A stretch of DNA of 54,622 nucleotides from Girardia tigrina (taxonomy: Eukaryota): assembly GCA_001938485.1 (NCBI GenBank), contig MQRK01183260.1, positions 1-54,622 of the forward strand, read 5' to 3'. The notes beneath the pieces are model-generated. The model saw nothing but the letters and a program-made list of their open reading frames with translations, had not been told where the DNA came from and did no database searches. The translations under genes were made by a program, and so were the position numbers. Numbering within the stretch: position 1 is the first letter of the stretch; every line of letters starts with the position of its first letter. This document shows positions 12,201 to 25,300 of the stretch, in pieces.

Positions 12201-15200
12201 CATTATTAGTTCTGATCAAAAAATCAATTATTGATAAAAAGTAAACTAAAATTAGTTGTTTTCACCTCCGACTTACAACACTTTAATTTTAAAATATTGT
12301 GCGTAATTTTAAAAATTATTCGGAAAGAGTTACTTGTGAGGCATTATTGATCAAATCACTTAATCCGTCCATTAATGTACAAACAAGTCTCTCTTCCAAT
12401 TTGTTGAAAATATTTAATTAGTTATTACGCAAGATGTTTGCATAATCATCAATTTGCTATATATAAGATAGCGAAATTGTTGTTAATTCAGCCTGAAGAT
12501 GGTGGAAAATCCACCGAAATATATTGCAATAAAATTTGATTTTAATGGCGTTCTTAATTATAAAATTTTGCCATTATTTTTTAAATTTCTTAATATCAAA
12601 TTATTTCATTTTATTCCTAAAAATCCTAATTAATAACCAATTATTTCATTTTATTCCTAAAAATCCTAATTAATAACCAATTATTTCATTTTATGCTGAA
12701 AAATCCTAATTAATAACCAATTATTTCATTTTATGCCCAAAAATACTAATTAATATCAAATTATTTCATTTTATTCCTAAAAATTCTAATTAATAACCAA
12801 TTATTTCATTTTATGCCCAAAAATCCATATTTCATTTCAATTTTAATTTCTGCCGTCGAAATGTCCCGGCGTCGAAATGTCCCGTACCCACAATAAACAC
12901 AATTCAAAAATATTCCTCATAGTCATAAAAGTTCCTGGTCAAGAATGAAAAATACAATTTTTGTGCAAAAATTTATTTTAAATAACAATTAATCTTCAAA
13001 TTACAGTCCATCGTTTTCGACTACTTTCTGCCAACGATCGCAAGCTTTCGGATATGGTCAAAGTACCATTCCGGCTGCTTCGAATTGAAGAATTCTTGAC
13101 ATGCTTGATCAACTTCATCGAATGCTTCGAATCGGCTGCCTTTCAAGAAGCATTGCATGGATCGGAAGAAGTAATTTAGCAACGGTTCCATCTCGACGGT
13201 GGTGGAAGAAATGATCAATGCTGAAGAAACACATTTGTCTTTTAGGATAGTCGACTTATCTGCGAGGGGAGAGTTTAGATGCTCCTTTCGCGAATGTGTA
13301 AAGTGCAGAATGAGTGGTTGTTTCTTACTGGGAAGCCAAAAAAATCACCGAAGCAATCTAATACCGTATCGGGCCTACTGGGGGCTGCTATAAGCTCTTT
13401 AGTTTGGGTGGAAAATTTAAAGAGTCTAGATGCTCAATACCATTAAAAGAGAGTTGAAGTACATATTCACAATAAAAAAAATAAATTTTAATGAGTTCTT
13501 ATACTTGTATAAAATTAATAAAGTGGAAAAAATCAAATATTATATTTAAAACAGCACTTAATTTTTTACTATTATCATTGGAGTACTTTTCCCAATAATC
13601 TATCTTTGTTTTGAAAACCTTATCAAACTCTTCCTTGAAAATCGAGGAAACATTCAGTATCATATCTTCACAAAACAAAATTCTTAACTACTATACTTCG
13701 ATAAATTTTCATCGGAAAATATTCATTCTTTAGATTTTTGTCTAGATTAAAAATGTAGAAATTGCAATAAGTTTGATTTTCAGAACTGACATTTTTAAGA
13801 AAATAAACTTATGTCATCCAAGAGGTAAAGATGATTCTAGCCTACGCTTTATTTTCATCTTGCGATTATTTCCAGAAAATTTGTTTTCAGTCTATAAGGA
13901 ATTACATAAAATTTCATATCGCCAAATAACTTATTTAGAAAATTCAAATTTAATATTATTATTTTAAAAATTAAAAGAACAAACTAAATGCATAATTCAA
14001 AACATTAAATAAACTTTTAACAAAATAAATGACAAAATAAATATAAATACAAATTGAATTATTATTAAAATAATTAATAAGTTATTAAAATAATAACTTA
14101 TTTTGAAATGAAATAATTTAATTAGAAAATGGCTATACTTTTCAAATTGAAAAGAAGAAACAAAATGATTAACTAAATAAATGAAATTGGCTAAATGAAA
14201 ATCGATTTTTTTTAAAAAGGGGGAAATGAAAATACAAATGACAAAAGTTTTAAAAAAAGAAATGAAAATTTGTTTAAATTTATGCAATATCATTATAAAA
14301 TTGTGATAATTATGAATTCTTATTCGAATTTTAAAAACGATATAAACGCAACGACAGCATCAATCACAATTTCTTCGAATTTTCTATGTTTTAATCATAA
14401 ATTTTCATGACCTTTCACATTTTTCGATGCCGAAGACATTCATAAACACAAAAATATCCTAATCGAGATATAAATGACAGAGGTTAAATTTACTGCTTAT
14501 TTTCTCAGAAGTAAAGTGTTATTAAATATGATAAATTATATACACTTAAAAATGAAACTTAGAGTAAAAATTTTGTATCTTATTGTCTCTTGAAAATGAT
14601 TAAACATATCACGAATTTCGTTATTTAATCAGTTCTGATTATTAATTTGTTTCAGTATTCTAAAAAGATTGTAAATATTAAATAAATTCTACTTGTTGAT
14701 ATTATGAATTCTGAAGTGAAACCTGGAGATTTATCTTAATCAAAAAATAAATAATTTTTAATTTAAAAAAGTTTATTTGAATTATTTGAAAATAAATCTG
14801 CTTAAAAATGATATTTTACTAATATAATTTTTATTTTAAATTTTTTTATTCTCCAAAATGTTAATTTTTTAAAATGAAATTAACTTAATATAAAAACTAA
14901 CTGTTAAATATGCTAAAGATTTGGAAATTAATATTTGACCAAATTTATTTTCTAATTTCATAAAAACATGATCCATTGCCAATTCTATGGTGTCTGAAAT
15001 AATCCATTCTGATTCTGGTAAGAAAGACGTCCATAAAATTGTTTGTTCCAAAATTACTTTAGTGTACAAAGGCTGAGGGTTATTGAGAAGTTTAGAAAGA
15101 ACCAACGACATCTACATAGGTAAAAAAATTTAAGAAAAACAACATTAAAATATATAAATAAAATTTATTTTTACTAATTCCGATTTAAAATTTTGAAATG

Positions 15201-18200
15201 GTTTCAAAAATTGTAGTTTTATTATTTTTATACATTAAAATAAATATTTCAGTAAACATATAATGGAAACAATCAACGAAGACTATATGACATCATCCTT
15301 TAGTTCTTCAATATGTGTTAATACTACTACTACTAATACAAATATTTATAACAATAATAAAGCCTTTCTTATGAAATAATCTCTATTTGTGCAAATGGGT
15401 GGTCGAATTTTGTTTGGTAATTCTCTAGAACAATGGGTTTGAAACTTTTTTGTGTCAACTGCAAAACATCTATAAAATTTTCCTGAGGAAGTTCTGGATC
15501 ACAATCATTATATAACTTTTTTAAAATAAAGATCTGTATAAATAAAAACATGATTTGTCTTAACACTACATGCCTGCTTCTTTCTCTAACCACACAAAGA
15601 GAAAACACAATAACTCACATGCATGTATTAAAAATAGTCATCCTTTCTGTTTTTTACCATCACAGATAAATGTATTAATATTAAGATTTTCTTTCAAAAA
15701 GGAGGACATTCAATTGTATTGAAACATTTGTTATTCCTACTATCATAAAAGCAAGCTAATTTCTACATGTACAATAGTAAACAAAGGAAAACACATCAAA
15801 AAGTTTTAATCTCTGGTCTTTCGGCTACCCCATTGAAAATTTTACAAGACTTTAGTTTTAGTTTGCTATTTTCCGACACAAGGAAAGTCATGCAAGCCGG
15901 GTTAAACTATTTTTTTTAGTAAATATAACAATCCCATCAGTACTTAAGTTTAAATATATTATAATTATTTCGAAAATATATTTTTTTTATTATATATTTA
16001 TTACCTGTTGGTCAGTTAACTTTCTTCGATAGTTTTGTTGCAAAGCCTGGAACACGGATAAAATTTCTTGATGGTCAAAATGATCAATGTGAATGAACTG
16101 ATCTGTAAGATGTGCTAATCTGTCGTTCAACATTTGATAGGACGGCATTGAAAAAATATCTGTCACTATAGAAATTATTAAGTGTACACCGGATGGTAAT
16201 TCTGTAGGAATCCAAGAAAATGAAATTCTTTTCTCATCGGATTCGAAACTAGTTGTTTTTTGTAGCTGATCAAGAGAGTCCAATATAATGACTAAAGGCA
16301 TCTGCTGAGTAAATCTTCGGGAGACATATTGAAGTAAGTGATTAAAAAACCATTGTAAAGAAGACAATGACTTCATTTTTCTAAATTTTACTCTCAATCC
16401 GTATGCCAGTTGGATTTGCAAACACACACTAAAAATATTATTACAGCTGAAATTATGAACTATTAAAAAGGATAAAAAGATAATAATTAGACACGACTCG
16501 ATTATGTGAGAAAATTAAAAACATAAATACGGTTAAACATCGTTAATAAGCTACTAATGATTTTAATTATTTTTTATTTTATTTAAACCAAATCTTTTAT
16601 AATTTATACATGATGTGGCATTTAAATTCGGAATAAGAATGTTGATTCATATGTTTTCACGAGCTCGATTTTCAATCATTTTCCTGTAGAATATAATTAT
16701 TAATACATAAGGTTTAATACATTTTTTTTAATACATTTCACGAACTCATAAGTTTTGCAGCATCAAATGTTCATTTTTTTAGTAATAATTGATACAGAGG
16801 GGCCTAATGGGTACGTATGGTGTAATTTTGCATTTTTAAAATTCTAATTGCTGAGAGAAGAATTTTGAATTAGGACATTGGGAGATTCAAATGTCCAGAT
16901 CTTAACCTAATTACATTTAACCTAATTAAATTTGAAATTACTTAACTTATAATTTCGCATCAAATGCCGCCTCATTTTTAGCGCCTTTTCTCATAGGAAA
17001 AAATGCGCTATTGTATTCATCATGTCCGTATATGTATATAATTGTTTATCACAGAAAAATACGGGTACCGGGTTAGTCCAAGACCCCATAAACTATATAT
17101 TTTTAGATGTCTCGTCAACAGCAATCCGTACAGTTTTTTTAAGTTTTCGGGAGATTGAAGAAATATATGGCAGAAGTGTTTATCTACGAGTGCTATGTCA
17201 ACTATTATAAGCCATTTGTTGTAAGAGTTTTCGATGTCTAGTTATTAACAAATGTATTTATGAAAAGAAAAGGAAAAATAAAAAAAATAAATCAAATCTT
17301 GTTTTTTTTGTCAAAGTTTTCTTTCAGGCTGAACATTTAAAGAAACTTTTATGTATTTTATAACATAACAATCGAATGCAGGCGCGTACGCAGAAAAATA
17401 TTTCGGGGGAGATATACTATCATGTGATACTTGTTTTCTAAGTTAAAAAAATTAAATTAAATATTAATAAAATAATAAAATTTATAATACCAACAAAATA
17501 CCCCATTTAATAACTTTTATTAGAAATATAATTACAAACATTTATACAATAAAAACAGGAGCATAAGTCTTCCCGGGTTCTTCGCCAAAGTGTATATAAA
17601 TTTGTCAGTGTCTAGGAAAGCCGTTAATTCTTGGTGAATGTTCATTATAGCTAAGCCATTCAATCTCTGATCTGATGTTGTGTTTTGTAAGTAAGTCTTG
17701 ATTCTGCAATATATAGAAAAATATCGTTAGCTGTGGCTGTTATTACTAGAATAGTTGCAAACAGTTTCAAAATATTTTAAATTGTAAGATATAAATGAAA
17801 GTTGCAAATATTCAAGCAATGGATAAAATCCATTGAAAGATATTTTGATTAATACAATGATGTCTCCACATCGTCACTTCACCAAAAAGATTTCTTTAGT
17901 GCCACTAATATCACTAGGCCATTGTTCATTACTGGCTTCTATATATATAATCTAGAATTAATAATTTCATTTTTAATAATAATTCAAACAAAGGCCATTT
18001 TTGATTATTAAATTTATTGACAATACATACGCGTTTCACCATTTCGGTGAAGTGCGAAGCCTTGTACATTGGCGAAACAAGTCATCATCTCCGTACTAGA
18101 ATTGTTGAACATACTCAATCGAGTAGAAATAGTTCAATATTGAGCCATATAAAAAATGTAAAGGTGATCTTATGGATCATAAAAAAGATTTCAAAAAAAT

Positions 18201-19331
18201 TTCAAAGATTTTGAATAATTTTGACACAAATTATGAAAGGATTATTGCCGAAGCATTGTTAATAAAGCATCATAAACCATGCTTACACATACAAGATGAA
18301 TCATATAAGCATATTAAAGTTTTTTTAAATATCATTAAAATACTTTTTTTAATGAAAATTAAAAAAATAAGAAAAGTATGTTTTTGAGACGAATGATGTA
18401 ATAGTTTTCACTATATAAATAATAATTAATCACTATTTCATTGCATTGAAGATGCCAACATGTTGTATTGTCAATAAATTTAATAATCAAAAATAGCCTT
18501 TGTTTGCATTATATATATATTAGGATTTCGTTATCTGCTGCATGTTTAATGTTTTGAGGGAAAAAAAATTTCTACGCTCTTCAAAACTTATATTCAGTCA
18601 AAAAAACTTAGGAGTAATTAAGATCATAATTAAAATTTTTCGGGGGGAGGAGATATCCTTAAATCTGTAAAATATTAATTATTTTGGATAGTTCTCACTT
18701 TTAACTTAAACATTTTAACTTATTCTTATTAATATGCAGTTAAAAAACTTAGGGGTAATAGAGATCGAAATTTAAAATTTTTTTCGACAGTGGGATTTAT
18801 CCTCTTAATCCTCATGCATACGCGCCTGATCAAATGTTCAAGTTTCTTAAACATTTATTTTATTTTTTGAAATTTCGAAGATGATAAGTGAATTCTTAAA
18901 CTTAAGGTACAGCAATTGATAGTTCTCCTTGAAAAGATATTCCATATAGAACTGAGTGCATTTTTGTACACTGTTAATCAGTATTGCGTAAATACAGTAA
19001 CTATGCCACTTAATTCAAATTGGAAAATGTTTAAAAAATATTTGTGGAAGCTGCGCTATAAAATTTATTGATCGAACCAAATATAATTTATCAATAAATT
19101 GGCCGCAATACTTTAACCCAATATTTCATTTTAACAAATCGGATAAATATCAATGTTAAATATGAGAAATTTTAATTAACAGCCGTACATATTTTTATAA
19201 GGAAAATATTTATTAAGTATATATTGGAAGTTGATATCAAAGACCAAGTAAACAGGTCAATCTAGAACAATAATTCCTAGAAGATAAATTGTCTATTAAC
19301 ATGTGAATAGCATCTGTCAGTTGACCCCTAA

Positions 19332-19362
<31 letters not shown>

Positions 19363-22300
19363 TAATAACACTGATATTGTTAAGTACTAAAAGCATTACA
19401 AATTAAATTTGATTTTCTAAATATTTAACAAAATTAATTTCGATCAGCATCTTTGATGATTAATTCATTTTTCTTTCATATTTTCGATATTGTGTAATTA
19501 CAGAATATAAAATATACTTATTATAAACGTTTTTCCAAACTGTTCATTATCTAAAACAACAAAGAGCAGTTTTAAAACATGATAAATAGTTGATGAGAAC
19601 AAAGAAGTCCGTTAAAAGCGGAAGCTGGTTAAAAAGATACAAATGTGACATTAAATTATGTCAGTTTCAGTTAAAATACAATTGTATACACTTTACAAAT
19701 ATTCAAGTTTGAATGGAATATTTTATTATACATTTACGTGACAACCTCCAATTGCCGTTTTATTGGATNNNNNNNNNNNNNNNNNNNNNNNNNNNNNNNN
19801 NNNNNNNNNNNNNNNNNNNNNNNNNNNNNNNNNNNNNNNNNNNNNNNNNNNNNNNNNNNNNNNNNNNNNNNNNNNNNNNNNNNNNNNNNNNNNNNNNNNN
19901 NNNNNNNNNNNNNNNNNNNNNNATATAAAGTCGTCAAACTTTTAGATTTGGTATTGAAACCTTTTATTTCCAACCCTTTGAAAATTAAGGATAGTTTTGA
20001 TTTCAAATATTTTGTCCAGAATCTAGTTGCTTTGACAAATACTGAATGTATGTTTTCTTTTAATGTTAAGTGTTTTTTTACGAATTTACACATTTATGAA
20101 ACTATTCAATTATGGAAAGAAAAGCAGATCCTAAGAACAAGTAACATATCGATTCAGAAACATTATTTAAACTGATATTTATTACGAAAAGGTTTCATTT
20201 CTCTTCAATAAGGAAAGATGGTGTAACAATGGGTCCACTACTCGCTCCAACATTGGCTTCAATTTTCAAGCAGTTCAGTGAAAATCACATATTGGTGAAA
20301 GATCTTCTGTGTATAAAAGATATGGGGATGATACGTCATGAATTTGTGTTTTCATGTTCCCATCGATGGTGAACTTTTCTACAATTCTGCAAGAAAAATG
20401 TCACATCTTATTTGTACACATCTAATTACACATATCAGAATAAAAATAAAAATTTATTTGGAGTCAAGATTTCAAGCAGACACCTTGAAGTGGTTTGATC
20501 GAGTCAATCGGGGTGATAAAATGACTGTCCAGTTAAGGGATTCATTTTATTATGTGATTTGGTGCGATCTAGCTTTGTGATACACGATGGAATCCAAAAC
20601 TATTTGGTCTGGTTCCAAAATATTCAACCGATTAGTTCAATGCCAATTACTGATGCAAATAACCCGATCTTTGAAATGATGTTTCCAACAAAACTTTGTT
20701 ATTTCCAACTTGAAAATTTTGTGCAAGTGTAAGATATCCCCAGTCTGGAAAATCAATATTTTTTAACATTCCTTGTGATAAAAATATAATCAAACTATAA
20801 TTCGTAGAGAATCAAAAAAATTTACTCGTATTTATTACAAAAGATACCAATAATTCATAGAGTGATGATAAATAGATAAAAACATAAATTTGAATTAATT
20901 TTTTCCATCTAATTTATAAATAATCAATAATTAAATGGTAATTGAAAATCAACTTTTTTGTAAAGACTAATTAATCATTTAGACCAGTGATGATCAACCT
21001 AGTCCCTTCCGCCCACTACTGAGCGGTAAGAAGTTTTTGGTTGAGCGTAGAATTTTTTTTCAGATATAAAAAGATTTTTCCTGTTAGTTCAAATAATTGT
21101 CTTTTACAAACAATACATTGTTGAAAATATTATTTAAGAATATTTTATTTATTAGGCATATAAAGCTATAAAAAGACTTAAATAATGCGTACAGATTATT
21201 TGCTCTTGCATTCAGGTGTTTATTGCTTCTTTGTATTCATTTAAATAAGAATTTTTACAAACCATCACACAGAAGAAGTTAAAAACACATCGTTTGCTAT
21301 TATTTTTACACTACTACTTAAAATCATTTTACGTTGCTCCAGTTTAATAATAAGTCCCGGCTTAAATAAACAAACCATAATTCCTGTCTGTAAGAGAATA
21401 ATAGGAAAATATTTTCATGTAAGTGTGATACTGTGTATATAAGATACTTTATTATGATGTAGTAAGTTGTTATACATATTTTTCTAGTGTACTAAAATAT
21501 TATATTTGAATGCTTAAATTGTCTGTAACTGTACTTTATAAATTGTTACAACTTTAAACATTCCTACTTTGTCGATTATCAATACTGTAGAACAGGTGAG
21601 CGGTAAAAATATTTTACTACTAATCGAGATGAAAGAGTGGCAGTAGATATAAAAAGGTTGACTACCACATGATTTAGATAGTTAATTTTATGAATTGATT
21701 CAGGTTTTGTCATCAGAATTATAAATTTGTGCGATATTTCAGATCAATCGACCAACGGGAAATGAGTGAAAATTGTTTGCAAGATTTGCAGCAAATACCC
21801 AAATACACAAACAGACGAAGTGAATTAATATAAACGTGAAAATATTATTCAAAAAAATGTACAAATTTATAAATAATTATGTTTTACATTTTGATAATAA
21901 TAACAATAAGTCTTTTCATGACAAAATCTACATATGTAATTACCTATATAACAATTGTTCAATTGAATTTGCTGAAGGAGAAGTACCAATGAATCTCAAA
22001 ATGATTACAGGAGATTGTTTTTCTTGAAAACAATTAGTGAATGAGGTATCGCATGGCTTTTTGGGATTTGAAAGAGATAATGAAAATTGTTGTAATATAG
22101 ATGCAAGTTTAGCTAAAAATACAGTTTTACCGCATCCAAAACCTCCATGTACTACAATCGAACAATTATAATTGTTATTAATTAACTTAATTGCAGTTTC
22201 CAATTGAACCAATCTTCCACAAAAAAGTTTTGTCTGGTCGTTGCAAAATAACCAATGGTGAACAATCTCCTTCTAAAAGATTAAAATATAGCGATCATTA

Positions 22301-25300
22301 CAATTTTAAATTTGAATTTTATAACCGTTTTCGCTTAAATCTTTCAAAATGTGCTTGATGATCTTAAAAGATTTGATAATATAACTATTTTAATAATTCA
22401 ATAAAAAATATCACTTTAAAAACTCAAACAAAAAATCACATAACATATTTAAATTCGTATTTAATAAATAAAAAACATATTAAAATATAAATACAAATAA
22501 TAATTTTGACACAAATAAAGATTTACTTGACAACTTAAAAAAATCAGGAGCATAATGTAGCATGCTATACTAGATCGATGTTTGGCAACGATGGGACAGG
22601 AGCAGTATCGGATGTTCGACGAAATGCAACCTATCCTCATATTACAAACTCAATTAGAAATAATGTAGATGTCACTCCAACTCTGAACAATTCCCTCATA
22701 GCCAAGAGTAAATGGTCCTTTCAGATTTAAAGTATGATATTCTTCTATTTGTTTCTGATTAACTGATCAATAAAAAGTCACTTTTCAAAGTCATCCTATA
22801 GTGTTTTGACATTCTTCTTGACTAAATTTGTTATCTAAAAACTAAATTTTCTTTTCAAATCTTTGTAGGCCAATTATTCTCCCCCTTTCATTTTGAATTT
22901 TATTTAACAGTTTTTCAACATAGATTTTGTATTTTTTTGCACAAAATTATAAAAGGTAAATTGATATTTCTTTGATATTTATAGATTCAATAATCAAATC
23001 GAAATTTGACTGAGAAGCTGTCAGTAGTTCCAGAGTAGAGAAAAGATCAGTCTATGACTCTTGAGCGTCTATTAGTTGACACAATGATGGTTTCATATGA
23101 TAAAAAAGAGGATAAATTTTGAATAACCAGCTTGTTATCATGGTTTTCTATTAACAAATTTAAATTGTCGGTCGTACAAAAAAAATTATTATTTTCAAGA
23201 AAAATGTACTATCACATACAAATTATACTGACATTTATTCAATATTATACTGACATTTATTCAATATTATAATGACATATATTTTAAAATTCAACAAAAC
23301 TGCCATGGTTAGAAAACAACGAAACACAGGAGTTGAATTGTTATAAATTTAAAGGAGAAGAATAATTTAACGTAAAAAATAGCGGAAACTGTAAATCTCC
23401 ATCGAACAACCGTAAAAAAATTTAAGACGATCCTTAGAATAATGTAGAGTTCAAGCAAGCAAATGTGAAGCTCAAACAAACAATTAAAAGTAAAAATGAA
23501 AATTTTACAACAGTTGAACAACAGATTTTTTAATGTGGTTAATTTTCAAGCGACCTTATATTAGTAAAAATCGCGCAAACCATTTTAAATAATACTGAGC
23601 ACGCAGCTTTCACAATCGACCGTCTGCAGAAAATTGAAGAAATGTAAACGGACAAGAAAGAGACTTACACTTATTCCAATAGGATAAAATTTACATGAAA
23701 AATTGAAGCACGAGTGATTTATGCCGGGGATATTTCAAAAATAATGGATTCGAATTTAGTAGTTTTGACGAACGTGGCTTTAATGAACATCGTCGGCGAA
23801 AATATAGCTATTCTGCGGAAAATAATGCTGCAAGTATTTCCGTCCCGGGAAATAGGAATAAAAATCGAAGTTTGTTGTGTGTTATTAACATAAGTGGCAT
23901 TGTGACATGTGAGTTTAGAATGGGAGCTTTTAATGCAGAATATTTTTAACAGTTCATCGCTTCAAAATTGGTCCCATATTTTTCTGAAAACCCGCAGTGT
24001 TCTAATTATACACAACGCGCCCTTTCACAAAATAGTAGGAAAAAGAAATTTTTTGTTCTTAAATCGGATTAACTTTAAATATCTTGTACCATATTCTCCT
24101 GAGCCTAATGCAATAGAGGAGATTTTTTCAATGTTCGTTTCAAGATTTGATACACTGCGCCGCGAAGAACCCACCAAACTATTGAAGAATGTTTAGCAAT
24201 ATTAACTTCAAATTGGGATGTCAAGAATTTTAATTGTGTGGGGTTTTATAGGAACATGAGAAACAGGCTCGAAAAAGCTTGGAAACGAGAAATGTTTAGT
24301 AATAAAAAATTTTTGAAGATTTACTTTTTTTTATTTTTTTTTTCGTTTTTGGTAGGATGGCGCTAATGTAAATGTTTCATTTTTAAATTTATATTTGATT
24401 TTTTTGAAGTTTGTAACGCTTTAATGTATTTAACTATAATAATATTATTACTGTCATAATAATATTGAATAAATGTCAGTATAATATTACATAATTACCA
24501 GTGTGATATTACATAACTACCAGTATAATATTGAATAACTCTGTAAAACAATTTCTGTTTTATCGTTTTTTTAATTTCTTGAGGAAACAATTATTAAGAT
24601 TTACAAAACCATATAATAAATTATTATATATATATATATATATATGTTGTTTAAATTGATTTAACTTAATTTTATTCTTAAAATTTCTATGAATTTTTAC
24701 TTTTAAAATTAATGTTATGTATCAAAAAAATTTGAAATTTCATTTGTTAATCCATAACACTGCTAATGAACGTGAAGTGTTTAAAAATATGATTAGATAG
24801 TTTTGGTAAGGTGAAGATTATTTACATCAATGGTATCATTTACTCCTAATATTATATCAGCTTGCTCAAATAAGTCATGGGTATCTGGCGAAATTCGTAC
24901 ATCAAGGATCTTTATTTAGTCTATGACAATGCTTTGTCTGCATATCTCTTACATCGATGGAAGCGATTGCAACATCTGGATTTACGCAACAACATCCACA
25001 ATCAGTTCAAATCTTTTTTCCAGTGTTTTTTTTTGTTTAACGACCATGGCATGAAATAATTAAAAGATCTGGTGAATTTTCTTCTCATTAAAGATAAGAA
25101 AATATTCACGGAAAACGCTTGAGGTAGTGTATTAAGAACTATAGGATTTGTGTTGGAAAATAAAACCCATATATCGTTAAGTCTTTTAATTTCTTTTATT
25201 TCTGTAAGAAACTAATGACTTATTTACCTTAATAAGTATATTTACCTTAATAATAATGGCTTATTTACCTGTAGATTGGTCATTGTTCTGTCAAATCTGC

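Larger units (their letters stand above)
9741..12888 (-). mobile_element. Mutator/MULE-like element with nested cargo
   Basis: Perfect 9-bp TSD CACAATAAA (9732-9740, 12889-12897); inverted GGGACATTTCGAC repeats and ~39-bp subterminal arrays at both ends; transposase C-terminus ILEFVRGIAYNF (10318-10480). Confidence 0.85.
9305..12921 (-). mobile_element. Solo LTR of Gypsy family A (TG...TA type), split by MULE insertion
   Basis: Ends TATTAAGAAC... and ...ATATTCCTCATA homologous to LTR 47136-47582; TSD GTCCT/GTCAT. Confidence 0.8.

Noticed and set aside
9830-12840. ~39-bp repeat arrays (9830-10040, 12590-12840) as CRISPR-like arrays
   Set aside because: Head-to-tail with no unique spacers, inverted at the two ends of a MULE with a 9-bp TSD; these are subterminal repeats in eukaryotic DNA.
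11508-20175. ORFs spanning N runs and AT-rich ORFs such as 13997-14293
   Set aside because: Artefacts of masked bases or low complexity; only the Penelope RT part after 19923 is meaningful.
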